Shown: piece by piece, positions 17,833-27,993 of the stretch
How the letters are laid out: each line of letters opens with the position of its first letter
Numbering within the stretch: the stretch's first letter is position 1
DNA from: a virus
Taxonomy: Duplodnaviria > Caudoviricetes
IMG/VR virus record: IMGVR_UViG_3300036900_000090
Location: 1-57,885 of that record
Length of the DNA: 57,885 bases
Direction: 5' to 3' (one strand)
Notes under the pieces: generated by a model
The model's input: only the letters and a program-made list of their open reading frames with translations
Told to the model about the DNA's origin: nothing
The model's database searches: none
Program-made: the position numbers and the translations under genes

Positions 17833-19785
17833 ATGACCACAGTGGTCGATGAACTGGTCATCAAGCTCGGCCTCGACAACACCAGCTTCCGTCAGCAGCT
17901 GAACCAGTCGCAGGAGAACGTCCGCAAGGTATCCGACGAGGCACAGAAGCAGGCGAAGCTCATCGAATCGGCCGGCGACCGCGCCGCGTCGTTCTTCACC
18001 AAGCTGCGCAACGAGGCGCTGGCGCTGTTCGCGCTGTTCGTCGGCACCGCCTCGATCAAGAACTTCGTCCAGCAGATCACCGCCGCCGATGCGGCGTCGG
18101 GCCGGCTGGCGACCAATCTCGGCCTGTCGGTCGAGGAGCTGACCGCATGGCAGGGAGCCGCGCAGCGCGCGGGCGGCAGCGCCGAGGGCATTTCCAACTC
18201 GATGAAGGCGCTGACGCAGGACTACCAGAACTACCTGCTCACCGGTCACAGCCAGATGGCGGCCCCGCTCAATGCGATGGGCATCTCGATGCTGGATCCC
18301 AAGACCGGCCAGATGCGGCCGGTCACAGAGATCTACAAAGACCTCGCCGATCAGTTCTCCAAGATGTCGCCGCAGGAGGCACAGGCACGCGGGCGCACGC
18401 TGGGGATGGACGAGGGCACCGTCCAACTGCTGATGAAGGGGCGCAAGGGCGTCGAGGAACTGCTGGAAGCGCAGCGCAAGCTCGGCATCACGACGAAGGA
18501 GAACTCCGAGAACGCCATCGCGCTGACCAACTCGTTCCTCAACATGCGGGACGCGATCACCGACATCGGCCGCGCCATCGTCAACGACCTGACGCCCTAC
18601 CTGACCGACCTGCTCAAGGGCATGACGGAGTGGATCACCAAGAACAAGGAATGGCTCAAGCAGGAGATCGCCGAGAAGGTCCGGCAGTTCGGCGACTGGC
18701 TGAAGTCGATCGACTGGAAAGGCATCGGCACGCAGATCGAGAGCTTCATCGCCCAGGTTAACAAGGTGGTCGAGGCGCTGGGCGGCTGGAAGACCGTGCT
18801 GGAGGCGATCTTCCTGCTGTGGGCGGGCGAGAAGTTCCTCGGCATGATCCGCGGCATCAAGGCGCTGCTGGTCGAGATGGGGCCGCTGGTCCTGGCGTTT
18901 CTCGCCATCAAGACCGTGCTCGATGCGATCGAGAAGGCCGAGAAGATGACCGGCGATCCGAATATGTGGTCGCCCAACTCGCCGTTCTGGCGCGATATAT
19001 CGCCCGAGGAACAGCAGAAGTACCCGAACTCGCCGGAATACCGGAAGGCGCACCCGCAGGGGCAGCAGGGACAGGGATGGTGGGACTGGACCAAGAACCG
19101 GCTCGGCTTCGGCCCGGCGTCGTTCACCGCCGATATGTCGATGACGCCCGAGAAGAAAACCGCGCTCGACGCGCTGTCGGTGGGCGAGTCCGGCGGACGC
19201 TACGATGCGCAGAACCCCGGCAGCACGGCGCACGGACGCTACCAGTTCATCAATTCGACCGAGGCAGAGATCGTGTCCGCGACCGGCGTGAGCGGCAGCG
19301 ATCCGGCCAGCCAGGACAAGCGGGGCTGGTATCTCATGGCGCGCACTTACAATCGCGCCACCAGCCGCGACCTCGAAGCCGACATCAAGGCGGGCGGCCA
19401 TGATGAGGAAATCGCCGCAGCACTGAACAAGGTATGGCCGTCCTTGCCGGGCGGCTCGCAGCAGAACACCACGATGGCGCAGTGGAAAGCGCGGATGGAG
19501 GCCGGACGGCAACGCTATGCGGCGGCCGGAACGGTCACGCAGGGACCGGCCCCGCCAACGGTGCCCATACCCGATCCGTCGCTGCTCCGGGGCTCGCAGG
19601 CATCAGCGATGAACAACACCGTCAACAACCGCACGTCCACCAGCACCTCGACCACCGACACGCACATCAACGGCCCGATCAACATCCAGACCGCGGCCAC
19701 CGACGTTGACGGCATCGCCAAGGGCATCGGCCCCGCGCTGCGCAAATACATGCCGGTCGTCGAAGCCAACTATGGCCTTGCCTGA
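17833..19785 (+). CDS. Tape measure protein with lambda-R-like lytic transglycosylase domain
   Basis: Helical N-terminus (VVDELVIKLGLD); C-terminal ES.GRY...STAHGRYQF...SQD...WPSLPG. Confidence 0.88.
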   Translation: MTTVVDELVIKLGLDNTSFRQQLNQSQENVRKVSDEAQKQAKLIESAGDRAASFFTKLRNEALALFALFVGTASIKNFVQQITAADAASGRLATNLGLSVEELTAWQGAAQRAGGSAEGISNSMKALTQDYQNYLLTGHSQMAAPLNAMGISMLDPKTGQMRPVTEIYKDLADQFSKMSPQEAQARGRTLGMDEGTVQLLMKGRKGVEELLEAQRKLGITTKENSENAIALTNSFLNMRDAITDIGRAIVNDLTPYLTDLLKGMTEWITKNKEWLKQEIAEKVRQFGDWLKSIDWKGIGTQIESFIAQVNKVVEALGGWKTVLEAIFLLWAGEKFLGMIRGIKALLVEMGPLVLAFLAIKTVLDAIEKAEKMTGDPNMWSPNSPFWRDISPEEQQKYPNSPEYRKAHPQGQQGQGWWDWTKNRLGFGPASFTADMSMTPEKKTALDALSVGESGGRYDAQNPGSTAHGRYQFINSTEAEIVSATGVSGSDPASQDKRGWYLMARTYNRATSRDLEADIKAGGHDEEIAAALNKVWPSLPGGSQQNTTMAQWKARMEAGRQRYAAAGTVTQGPAPPTVPIPDPSLLRGSQASAMNNTVNNRTSTSTSTTDTHINGPINIQTAATDVDGIAKGIGPALRKYMPVVEANYGLA

Positions 19786-20702
19786 TGGCGCTCACCCCGG
19801 TCTCGCCCCCGCAATATCCCAACGTGCCGCAGGCGGCCGGCGTGCCGGCGATCTTCCGCTCGCCCGCGCAGGCGATCCCGCTCGGCATCATCAACGTCGT
19901 GGCCGATGCGGTCTCGGTGCTGCATATGTTCGGCCCGTCGCAATGGGGGGTGTTCGACAAGTCCGGCCAGCCGGTCGCGGTGGCCGACAGCGTGGTGGGC
20001 GTGGACTTCCGCCGCGAGGCGCGGATCAGCGACTACCCGCTGGAGCAAGGCGCCTTCGAGACCTACGACAAGGTGCAGATGCCGTTCGACGTGCGGGTGC
20101 GCTTCGCGGTGTCCAACAGCATCGATCTGCCCGGCCTCGGCTCGCTCGGCCTGTCGTCCTACCGGCGGGACTTCCTGAGCGCGATCGACACCGCGTTCAA
20201 GTCGCTCGACCTCTACACGGTGATCACCCCGGATGCGACCTATCCCTCGGTCAACATCGTGCACTACGACTACCGGCGCGAGGCGAAGAACGGCGCGACC
20301 CTGCTGGTGGTCGATGTCTGGATGGAGGAAGTGCGCGTCAACGCCCAGGCGCAGTACAGCAAGTCCGAGCAGCCCCAGGGCGATCCGCAGCAGGACAACG
20401 GCACGGGGCAACCCAGCCAGGGCCAGCCGCCCGGCCAGCAGGACTCAGCGCGCGTGAACGTCGAGAATGCCGGCCAGCAGTTCGGGCCTCCGGCGCCGGT
20501 CGATACCGGCCCGACGGCGGGCGATTTTCCGCCGACCTCGACGGGCGCGCCTGATCCGAAGGGCATCGGCCTTGAGCCGGGCGACACGCCGCCTGCCACC
20601 ACGCAGACCTTCAACGGCACATCGGCGACCGTGCCGGCGGTGAACTCGCCGATCCCCGCAAACATGAGCCCGCTCGAAGCCGGGCCGTTCGTGATCAACT
20701 GA
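19785..20702 (+). CDS. Baseplate/tube initiator (Dit-like)
   Basis: QWGVFD, ISDYPLEQGAF..YDKV..PF, LYTVITPDATY; Pro/Gln-rich tail. Confidence 0.75.
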   Translation: MALTPVSPPQYPNVPQAAGVPAIFRSPAQAIPLGIINVVADAVSVLHMFGPSQWGVFDKSGQPVAVADSVVGVDFRREARISDYPLEQGAFETYDKVQMPFDVRVRFAVSNSIDLPGLGSLGLSSYRRDFLSAIDTAFKSLDLYTVITPDATYPSVNIVHYDYRREAKNGATLLVVDVWMEEVRVNAQAQYSKSEQPQGDPQQDNGTGQPSQGQPPGQQDSARVNVENAGQQFGPPAPVDTGPTAGDFPPTSTGAPDPKGIGLEPGDTPPATTQTFNGTSATVPAVNSPIPANMSPLEAGPFVIN

Positions 20703-20703
20703 C

Positions 20704-21012
20704 ATGACCTGGATGGTGCCGCTGGCCAGCGTGCCGAATCAGACAACCGCGATCACGCTCGGCGGGCAGAGCACGCGGCTCTTCATCTACCAGCGCTCCA
20801 TCGGCCTCCTTGTCGATGTCGCGGTCAATGATGCGCTGGTGATCGGCGGCGTGCTGGCGCATGACCGCTGCCGCATCGTGCGCGACGCCTATCTCGGCTT
20901 TTCCGGCGATCTCGCCTTCGTCGACCAGCAGAGCTACGACGACCCCGACTACACCGGGCTCGGCACGCGCTGGCTGCTGTTCTGGTATCCGCCCGAGGAA
21001 ATCCCGCCATGA
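20704..21012 (+). CDS. Small baseplate protein
   Basis: VPL..VPNQ, YLGFSGDL.FVD, DP.YTGLG.RW.L. Confidence 0.75.
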   Translation: MTWMVPLASVPNQTTAITLGGQSTRLFIYQRSIGLLVDVAVNDALVIGGVLAHDRCRIVRDAYLGFSGDLAFVDQQSYDDPDYTGLGTRWLLFWYPPEEIPP

Positions 21013-22016
21013 GCGGCAGCGCGAACCAGGGGCCGACCACGGTGACCCGGGTGCCGGGGCACGGCACCATCTCGACGACCTCGAGCGGCACCGGCTCGGC
21101 CGATACCGCGCCCAAGACCTCGCAGCAGGCGCGCGGGTTCTTCTCGCACAAGAAGCTCGACGTGACCTTCTATCTCGGCACCGGGGCATTCGGCGAAAGC
21201 GGCTTCAACACCATCAGGCTCGCCGGCCTGCGGGTATCGGCCTCGGTGGTCAAGAACGGCTCGGCCGGCCTCAACACCGCGCAGCTGCGGGTCTGGGGCA
21301 TGACGCTCTCGCAGATGAACCAGCTCTCGTCCCTGGGTCTCAAGCAAGCGCAGAGCGCGCGGCGCAACGAGGTGCTGCTGGAAGCCGGCGACGATCGCTC
21401 GAACGTCCGCACGACGGTGTTTCACGGCGACATCATCGACTGCTGGGCCGACCCGCAGAGCCAGCCCGATGTGCCGTTCCTGGTCAACGCCATCACCGGC
21501 TACGGCAACGCGCTCAAGCCGGTAACCCCGACCTCGTACAAGGGCGTGGCCGACGTGGCGGTGATGATGCACGCGCTGGCCGACAGGATGGGCCTCACCT
21601 TCGAGAACAGCGGCGTCACCGGCAAGTCGGTGATCGACTGCTATCTGCCGGGCACGGCGAAGGAGCAGGCGAAGCGGCTGGCGGAGCAGGCCAATATCAG
21701 CATGGCGCTCGACGACAAGACGCTGGCGATCTGGCCCAAGGGAAGCGCGCGCGGCAACGTCATTCCGATCATCTCGTCGCGCACCGGGATGGTCGGCTAT
21801 CCGACCTATACCGAGACCGGCGTGATGGTGACGACGATCTACAATCCGCAGCTCGTCGCCGGGCAGCGCGCGAAGGTCGAGAGCATCCTGAAGATGGCGT
21901 ACGGCGAGTTCATCGTGGGCTCGCTCACCCACACGCTCGACAGCGAGGTGCCGAGCGGCAACTGGTTCTCGCGGATGCGGCTCGACAATCTGTTCGGCGG
22001 GCGGTCAACCCAATGA
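21009..22016 (+). CDS. Baseplate hub protein
   Basis: A.LRVWGM..SQMN.LS, LEAGD, VF.G.I, FENSGV, TGMVGYP motifs. Confidence 0.8.
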   Translation: MSGSANQGPTTVTRVPGHGTISTTSSGTGSADTAPKTSQQARGFFSHKKLDVTFYLGTGAFGESGFNTIRLAGLRVSASVVKNGSAGLNTAQLRVWGMTLSQMNQLSSLGLKQAQSARRNEVLLEAGDDRSNVRTTVFHGDIIDCWADPQSQPDVPFLVNAITGYGNALKPVTPTSYKGVADVAVMMHALADRMGLTFENSGVTGKSVIDCYLPGTAKEQAKRLAEQANISMALDDKTLAIWPKGSARGNVIPIISSRTGMVGYPTYTETGVMVTTIYNPQLVAGQRAKVESILKMAYGEFIVGSLTHTLDSEVPSGNWFSRMRLDNLFGGRSTQ

Positions 22017-22669
22017 GCGATACATGGACTGGCTTCATGGAGGCCAGCGATCGCAACTCGGACTACAACGCGCAGGAGTTCATCGTCAGCCAGATCATCG
22101 GTCGACTGGCGACCGCGACGCTGGTGCGCGTCACCGCGATCCATGCGGCGGGCGAGATCGCGGCGGTGGGCTTCCTCGACTGCCAGCCGATGGTGCATCA
22201 GACCGACGGCGCGGGGCAGCCGACGCCACATGGTGTGCTGAACAACGTGCCGTATTTCCGGGTGCAGGGCGGCACTGACGCGGTGATCATGGACCCCAAG
22301 GTGGGCGACATCGGCATAGCCGTGTTCTGCGCCCGCGACATCTCGACGGTGAAGAACTCGCGCCAGCCGAACGTGCCGGGATCGGGGCGGCGGCTCGACA
22401 TGAGCGACGGGCTATTCATCGGCGGCGTGCTCAACGGCATCCCGCAGCAATACGTGCGGTTCAGCCAGCAGGGCATCGACATCAAGACGCCGAACAAGTT
22501 CACGGTGACCTCGCAGAACTTCAATATCGATGCCAACGGCAATGCCTCGATCATCGGCGACCTGACGGTATCGGCTGGCGGCGCAGGGCAGTTCCACGTC
22601 TCGACCCATCATCATCTCGGCGTGACGCCCGGCTCAGGCGAGAGCGGATCACCGAAACCGGGGACGTAG
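22013..22669 (+). CDS. Baseplate central spike (gp138/gpV-like)
   Basis: ATGA-coupled start; VPYFRVQGG..AVIMDPKVGDIG, RDIS, SDG; C-terminal HxH tip motif (STHHH). Confidence 0.88.
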   Translation: MSDTWTGFMEASDRNSDYNAQEFIVSQIIGRLATATLVRVTAIHAAGEIAAVGFLDCQPMVHQTDGAGQPTPHGVLNNVPYFRVQGGTDAVIMDPKVGDIGIAVFCARDISTVKNSRQPNVPGSGRRLDMSDGLFIGGVLNGIPQQYVRFSQQGIDIKTPNKFTVTSQNFNIDANGNASIIGDLTVSAGGAGQFHVSTHHHLGVTPGSGESGSPKPGT

Positions 22670-22672
22670 CGC

Positions 22673-24106
22673 ATGAGCGGCACCACCTCCGTCCCGCAGC
22701 CATCGTTCGGCACCAGGGGCTTCGTCCCGCCGTCCGAGCAGGACATCCTTGCCGGCATCATCGCCGACATCCAGGCGGCGTTCGGCGGGCGACTCAACTT
22801 CGCCAACCTCGAAACCCCGCAGGGCCAGCTCGCCAGCAGCTTCACAGCGATCGTCGGCGACAAAGACAGCCAGTTCGCCTTGCTGGCGAACAGCGTGGAC
22901 CCTGCGTACGCCTTCGGTCGGATGCAGGACGCGATCGGCCGCATCTATTTCCTCTCGCGCACCCAGGCCGAGCCGACGACGGTGCAGGCGCGGTGCACCG
23001 GGCAGGCCGGCGCGGTGATCCCGACCGGGGCGATCGCGCAGGCGCAGGACGGCACGCTCTACGCCTGCACCGAGGGAGGCCAGTTCGACAGCTCGGGCAG
23101 CATGGTTCTGCCGTTCGAGGCCACAGTGACCGGCCCGGTCGTCTGCCCGGCGGGCTCGCTGTCGATCATCTATCAGGTGGTCGCCGGCTGGGACCGCATC
23201 ACGAACGACGCCGACGGCGTGGTGGGCAACGACATCGAAACCCGCACCGCGTTCGAACTGCGGCGCTCGGCCTCGGTGGCAATCAACGCTCAATCGACGG
23301 TCAGCACGATCCAGGCCGCCGTGCTCAACGTCGAAGCGGTGCTCGACGCCTACACCACGGAGAACCCCACCGGCTCGCCGGTGGTGAACGATGGCGTCAC
23401 GCTGCCGGCGCACTCGATGTATTGCTGTGTGGCGGGCGGCGATCCGCAGGCGGTGGCGCAGGCGATCTGGAGCAAGAAGCCGCCGGGCTGCGACATGGCG
23501 GGCAATCACACCGAGGTCGTGTTCGACGAGAACTCCGGCTATCAGGCGCCGCTGCCGAGCTACAACATCACCTTCCAGGTGGCGATTCCGCAGACCTTCG
23601 TCGTGCTGGTGCAGCTGCGCAATTCGCCGGCGGTGCCGGGCGGCGTCCAGGCGTTGGTGGCGCAGGCGGTGTTGGCGGCGTTCAACGGCACCGATGGCGG
23701 GCAGCGCGCGCGGATCGGCTCGGAGGTATTCGCCAGCCGGTTCTATTGCGGCGTGGCGGCCCTCGGTCCGTGGTGCGAGATCGTCGCGATCTATCTCGGC
23801 TCGACCCGCGCGGCGAGTTCCAACTTCACAGCCTCGATCGCCGGCACTGTGCTGACCGTGACGGCGGTGGCTTCCGGCGCCCTGGCGGTCGGGCAGACCA
23901 TCATCGCGCCGAACGTGCCCGACGGCGTGCAGATCGTCTCGGTCGGCACCGGCGCGGGCGGCACGGGCACCTACAACATCAATCTGCCGCAGACCGTCGC
24001 CTCCGAGGCGATGCAGGGCGTGGTTGCGAACCTCAACAGTGTGGTTGTCGGCATCGCGCACGTCCCTGTGCTGGGGCCGAACAACGTGATCGTGCAGCTG
24101 GTCTGA
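22673..24106 (+). CDS. Baseplate J-like wedge protein
   Basis: TPQGQLA, DP.YAFGRMQDAIGRIYF, ETR..FE.RR, HS.Y..V.GG motifs. Confidence 0.9.
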   Translation: MSGTTSVPQPSFGTRGFVPPSEQDILAGIIADIQAAFGGRLNFANLETPQGQLASSFTAIVGDKDSQFALLANSVDPAYAFGRMQDAIGRIYFLSRTQAEPTTVQARCTGQAGAVIPTGAIAQAQDGTLYACTEGGQFDSSGSMVLPFEATVTGPVVCPAGSLSIIYQVVAGWDRITNDADGVVGNDIETRTAFELRRSASVAINAQSTVSTIQAAVLNVEAVLDAYTTENPTGSPVVNDGVTLPAHSMYCCVAGGDPQAVAQAIWSKKPPGCDMAGNHTEVVFDENSGYQAPLPSYNITFQVAIPQTFVVLVQLRNSPAVPGGVQALVAQAVLAAFNGTDGGQRARIGSEVFASRFYCGVAALGPWCEIVAIYLGSTRAASSNFTASIAGTVLTVTAVASGALAVGQTIIAPNVPDGVQIVSVGTGAGGTGTYNINLPQTVASEAMQGVVANLNSVVVGIAHVPVLGPNNVIVQLV

Positions 24107-24110
24107 TCCG

Positions 24111-24749
24111 ATGGACAACGTCGATCAGACGATTATTTCGCAATATAATCAGAGTCCAAGCCTCACGCTGCTGATCGAAGCCTTCAATCAGTGGGTGGAC
24201 CCTGCTGCCAATATCGACGACTTCTACAATCTGGTCTGGAATATCGACACGGCGGTCGGTTACGGGCTCGATGTCTGGGGCCGCATCCTCGGCGTCGGCC
24301 GCGTCGTCGCAGTGGCCTCGACCAAGTACTGGGGATACGCCGAGGCAACCTCGGTCAGCGCCGACCCCTACGGGCAATCGCCGTTCTATAGCGGCCAGAA
24401 GCTCACTGACAACGTGTTCCTCGACGACGAGGGCTTTCGCACGCTGCTGCTCGCCAAGGCGGCGTCGAACATCTGCAACGGGTCCATCGAAGGCATCAAT
24501 GCGATCCTGCTGATGCTCTATCCCGGCCGCGGCAACGTCTACGTGGTCGACGGGAGGGACATGACGATGCAGTACAAATTCGAGTTCCAGATGACCCCGC
24601 TCGAAGTCAGCATCGCGCAGGCCTCCGGCGTGCTGCCGAAGCCGGCCGGCGTACAGGCGACGGTGGTGCAGGAAATCCACACGTCCTCGGTCTGGGATAC
24701 CGGCAACACGAGCTGGGACAGCCGACACAGCGCATGGGATCGCACCTGA
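24111..24749 (+). CDS. Baseplate wedge protein (DUF2612-like)
   Basis: TIISQY..SP, WNIDTA.GYGLDVWGRILGV, KA..NI, LPKPAGV. Confidence 0.88.
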   Translation: MDNVDQTIISQYNQSPSLTLLIEAFNQWVDPAANIDDFYNLVWNIDTAVGYGLDVWGRILGVGRVVAVASTKYWGYAEATSVSADPYGQSPFYSGQKLTDNVFLDDEGFRTLLLAKAASNICNGSIEGINAILLMLYPGRGNVYVVDGRDMTMQYKFEFQMTPLEVSIAQASGVLPKPAGVQATVVQEIHTSSVWDTGNTSWDSRHSAWDRT

Positions 24750-24750
24750 C

Positions 24751-26310
24751 ATGGTGAGCACGATCGACCCGACGGTGCCGGCGTTCGGCAATCCAACGAC
24801 CGCGTCGGAGCGGACGAACTGGACGCGGGCGAAGGCGGACATCGAGGCGCTGCAGAACGGCTACGCGCCGCTCAACAACCCGCACTTCACCGGAACCCCG
24901 ACGGCACCGACCCCGCCACCCGGCGACAACGACACGTCGATTGCGACCACGGCCTTCGTCACGGCCGCGGTGGTGGCCTCTACCTCCGGTGTCGCGTCCT
25001 TCAATAGCCGCACCGGCGCGATCGCGCTGACCGGCGCGGACATCACCGGAGCAGGCGGCGCGCTGCTCGCCTCTCCGGCGCTGACCGGCACGCCGACCGC
25101 ACCGACGCCAACGACCACCGACAACACGACCAAGGTGGCGACCACCGCCTACGTGAAAGCCTCGATCACAGCGGCCGCGGTGCCAGCGCCGGCGACGGCC
25201 AACCCGCAGATGGACGGCGCAGCGACGGCCGGCGTGACGACCGTTTATGCGCGTGGCGATCACCGACATCCGACCGACACCTCGCGCGCGCCTCTCGACA
25301 GCCCGAGCTTCACCAATCAGGCGACCGTCAACGGCTCTCTGTTCGTCACCACGAATTTCTACATCGACCCGGCGAACGGCTGGGAATGGGTGCATTATCG
25401 CGAATCCAGCAGCGGCGATCACATCCATATCCATCGCGCCGGCTGGTACGATCGTTGGTCGAGCAGCGGCGGCACGCGGACCTGGGTCGTCAACAATCAG
25501 GTCGGCATGACGCTGGACGCCTCCGGCAATTTCAGCGTGCTGGGCAGCCTCAGCGGATCGGTGGTCAATTCCAGCGCCGGCTTCGCGTTGAACCAAGCGA
25601 GCAGCGGCGGCACATGGATCGCGGACGCCAACTGGGTCTATCTACGCTTCTCCGGGACCTGGGGCTGGCAATGGGACCGCAGCACCGGCCATCTCTACTA
25701 CGTCAACAATAGCGGCACCCCACTGCTGCAGATCAACAACGCTGGCGGCGGCATCCGATATAACGGCATCGGCGGCAACAATTATTTCGGATTCGTCTGG
25801 GATGCTGGACAGGCGCAGGGAGCCATCCTCGCTTACGTTGACGGCGGGAATCAGGGCAATCTCATCCATGGCTTCCAGGGCGCTGCTTACGGCAATTGCA
25901 ACGCGATAGCGCCGCACCCATCCGATGCGACGATGCAGTTCTGGTGGAGCGGCGGAGGCTTCGGCTACATCGTCTACACGGCGTCCGACCGGAAGTTCAA
26001 AAGCAACCTCGCGCCCACCGAGTTCGACGCACTCGCCGCGACCAACGCACTGACCGTTTACGACTGCGACATGCGCCAGCCCGGCGCGGACGAAACCGAC
26101 ACCACGCATTGGAACTGCGCGCTGATCGCCGATGAGGTGCGTGATGTACTGCCGAGTGGCTATGTTCATGCTGGAGATCAGCAGACCGGATACGACAGCA
26201 TCAACCCACTGGCGATGATCGCCATGCTGGTTCGTTCGGTGCAGCAGCTCAAGGCGTTGAACGATGACCTGACGGCGCGCATCGCCGCGCTCGAGGCGCA
26301 TCCGGCATGA
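24751..26310 (+). CDS. Tail fibre with C-terminal intramolecular chaperone (peptidase S74-like)
   Basis: SP.LTGTPTAPT repeats; SDRKFKSNL at 25984; LIADEV; terminal coiled coil. Confidence 0.85.
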   Translation: MVSTIDPTVPAFGNPTTASERTNWTRAKADIEALQNGYAPLNNPHFTGTPTAPTPPPGDNDTSIATTAFVTAAVVASTSGVASFNSRTGAIALTGADITGAGGALLASPALTGTPTAPTPTTTDNTTKVATTAYVKASITAAAVPAPATANPQMDGAATAGVTTVYARGDHRHPTDTSRAPLDSPSFTNQATVNGSLFVTTNFYIDPANGWEWVHYRESSSGDHIHIHRAGWYDRWSSSGGTRTWVVNNQVGMTLDASGNFSVLGSLSGSVVNSSAGFALNQASSGGTWIADANWVYLRFSGTWGWQWDRSTGHLYYVNNSGTPLLQINNAGGGIRYNGIGGNNYFGFVWDAGQAQGAILAYVDGGNQGNLIHGFQGAAYGNCNAIAPHPSDATMQFWWSGGGFGYIVYTASDRKFKSNLAPTEFDALAATNALTVYDCDMRQPGADETDTTHWNCALIADEVRDVLPSGYVHAGDQQTGYDSINPLAMIAMLVRSVQQLKALNDDLTARIAALEAHPA

Positions 26311-27440
26311 GACAGATCGACGGCCCCGCAAAATTCCCGATCCCGTTCGCCAACGGCGCAGGCGGCGCCTACATACGCGCGATCCCGCAGGGCTCGCAGA
26401 TCGGCATCGAGCCGGGCGCAGCCTCGCTCACGGACGGCTTCCCGCCGGTCAACTTCAATCCGGTCAGCGCAGGCGGCATACCGCCGGACGGTCGCGATCA
26501 CAACGGCATCCTGCAACAGATCACCGCGTGGATACGCGCGATGACCGCCGGCATACCGATCATGTACGATGCGGCATTCCAGACCGCGATCGGCGGCTAT
26601 CCGGCCAACGCGTGGATCCGCTCGGCGGGAAATCCGGCGCTGATCTATCAATCGACCGCCGACAACAACATGAGCAACCCCGACTCGGGCGGGGCGAACT
26701 GGACGGCGCCAGTCTTCATTGCCAACGGCCTCTCGGCCCTCATTATCGATGGGCATCTGTCCACCAGCTACGGGGCCGGGATCCAGTTGTTTGGCACCGG
26801 CGGCACGCCGAACAAGTGGTTGCGGGCGATCAACGGCAACTTCTCGATCGTCAACAACGCCTACAGCGCCGAAATCCTGACGCTGACCGATGGCGGCGCG
26901 CTCAGCACCGCGTCCTCGATCGTCGCGAGCACCGGCAACGTCTCGGCGCCGAACGGCTCGCTCTCGGCCGGATTGGATGTGACGGCCAGCCGCAACGGCA
27001 GCGTCGCGGGCTCCTTCTCGGCCGGCGGCGATATCTTGGCAGGCGCACGGCTGCGTGCGGTGCTCGGGGCGCGCGGGTCAGGCGATCTGAATGCCGCGCC
27101 GATCCTCGCCGATTTCTCGCTGAGCCCTGTGGCGGCCGGCTATCAGATCTTGCCGAACGGTTTCATCATCCAGTGGGGACAGGGCGGCCCCACCGCCCAT
27201 CTCGATGTCGTCAACTTCCCGATTGCATTCCCGAATGCCTGTCTGGCGATGGCGGGATCGGAGAACGGCGTGACGGGCTGGGACACCAGCGGCACGCCGG
27301 GCCGCACGACGGTGTACGGCTTCCAGGTCATCAACAATGCGCAGTTCTACATGAGCTGCGTGCAGATCGATATCTACAGCGGCCCGCTGAAGATCAGCTA
27401 CGTCGCCGACTTCGGCAAATGGATCGCGGTGGGGTACTAA
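26307..27440 (+). CDS. Tail fibre protein
   Basis: PFANG, ASLTDGFPP, GGIPPDGRDHNGIL, IGGYP at the N-terminus; GYQILPNGFIIQWG..FPIAFPN..WIAVGY at the C-terminus. Confidence 0.88.
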   Translation: MRQIDGPAKFPIPFANGAGGAYIRAIPQGSQIGIEPGAASLTDGFPPVNFNPVSAGGIPPDGRDHNGILQQITAWIRAMTAGIPIMYDAAFQTAIGGYPANAWIRSAGNPALIYQSTADNNMSNPDSGGANWTAPVFIANGLSALIIDGHLSTSYGAGIQLFGTGGTPNKWLRAINGNFSIVNNAYSAEILTLTDGGALSTASSIVASTGNVSAPNGSLSAGLDVTASRNGSVAGSFSAGGDILAGARLRAVLGARGSGDLNAAPILADFSLSPVAAGYQILPNGFIIQWGQGGPTAHLDVVNFPIAFPNACLAMAGSENGVTGWDTSGTPGRTTVYGFQVINNAQFYMSCVQIDIYSGPLKISYVADFGKWIAVGY

Positions 27441-27444
27441 GCCG

Positions 27445-27993
27445 ATGCCACGCTATGCAAACTTCAGCAGCAGTGTTCCATCGCCCTCTCCGGTGCTCGG
27501 CTGGTACGACACCGACGCGCTCGACTATCCGACCCTGCCGGCGCCGGCCGACATGCTGGAGATGAGCGACGCGCAATGGGATGCGCGGCTCGGAGGCGTC
27601 TGGGCCGTCGATGGCGGCGAGCTGGTCGCCTATACGCCGCCGCCGCGCCCGCCGAACGCCGATCAGGTCTATGACACGAAGATCGCTGCCGGCATCGCCA
27701 TCACCAGCACCAGCACGCCAGACCTGACCTGCACCATGGCGCTCGACAGCACGACAATGGATCAGATCGGGGCGGTGGCGCGCGATGCCTCGTCCGGTCT
27801 CGGGCTGCCGGGTGGCCTCGATACCTTTACCTATCCTGATATCGACAGCACCCCCCGCGCCTTCTCCCAGGCGCAGATCATCGCGCTCTACAGAGCGCAG
27901 CGCGATCTGATCTACCAGCTCTCCACGCAGGCGGCGATCATGCGGCAAGGGCTTGTGCCGTCCTGGCCCGCGCAAACCGCAACCATTCCCTAG
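27445..27993 (+). CDS. Putative tail fibre assembly protein
   Basis: Follows the fibre gene; VLGWYDT..LP...W pattern. Confidence 0.6.
   Translation: MPRYANFSSSVPSPSPVLGWYDTDALDYPTLPAPADMLEMSDAQWDARLGGVWAVDGGELVAYTPPPRPPNADQVYDTKIAAGIAITSTSTPDLTCTMALDSTTMDQIGAVARDASSGLGLPGGLDTFTYPDIDSTPRAFSQAQIIALYRAQRDLIYQLSTQAAIMRQGLVPSWPAQTATIP

Noticed and set aside
17224-19512. Long antisense and alternate-frame ORFs (e.g. 17224-19512, 5256-7199, 28609-30840, 32001-34193, 49442-51466)
   Set aside because: Shadow ORFs expected in high-GC DNA opposite well-supported genes; no motifs.
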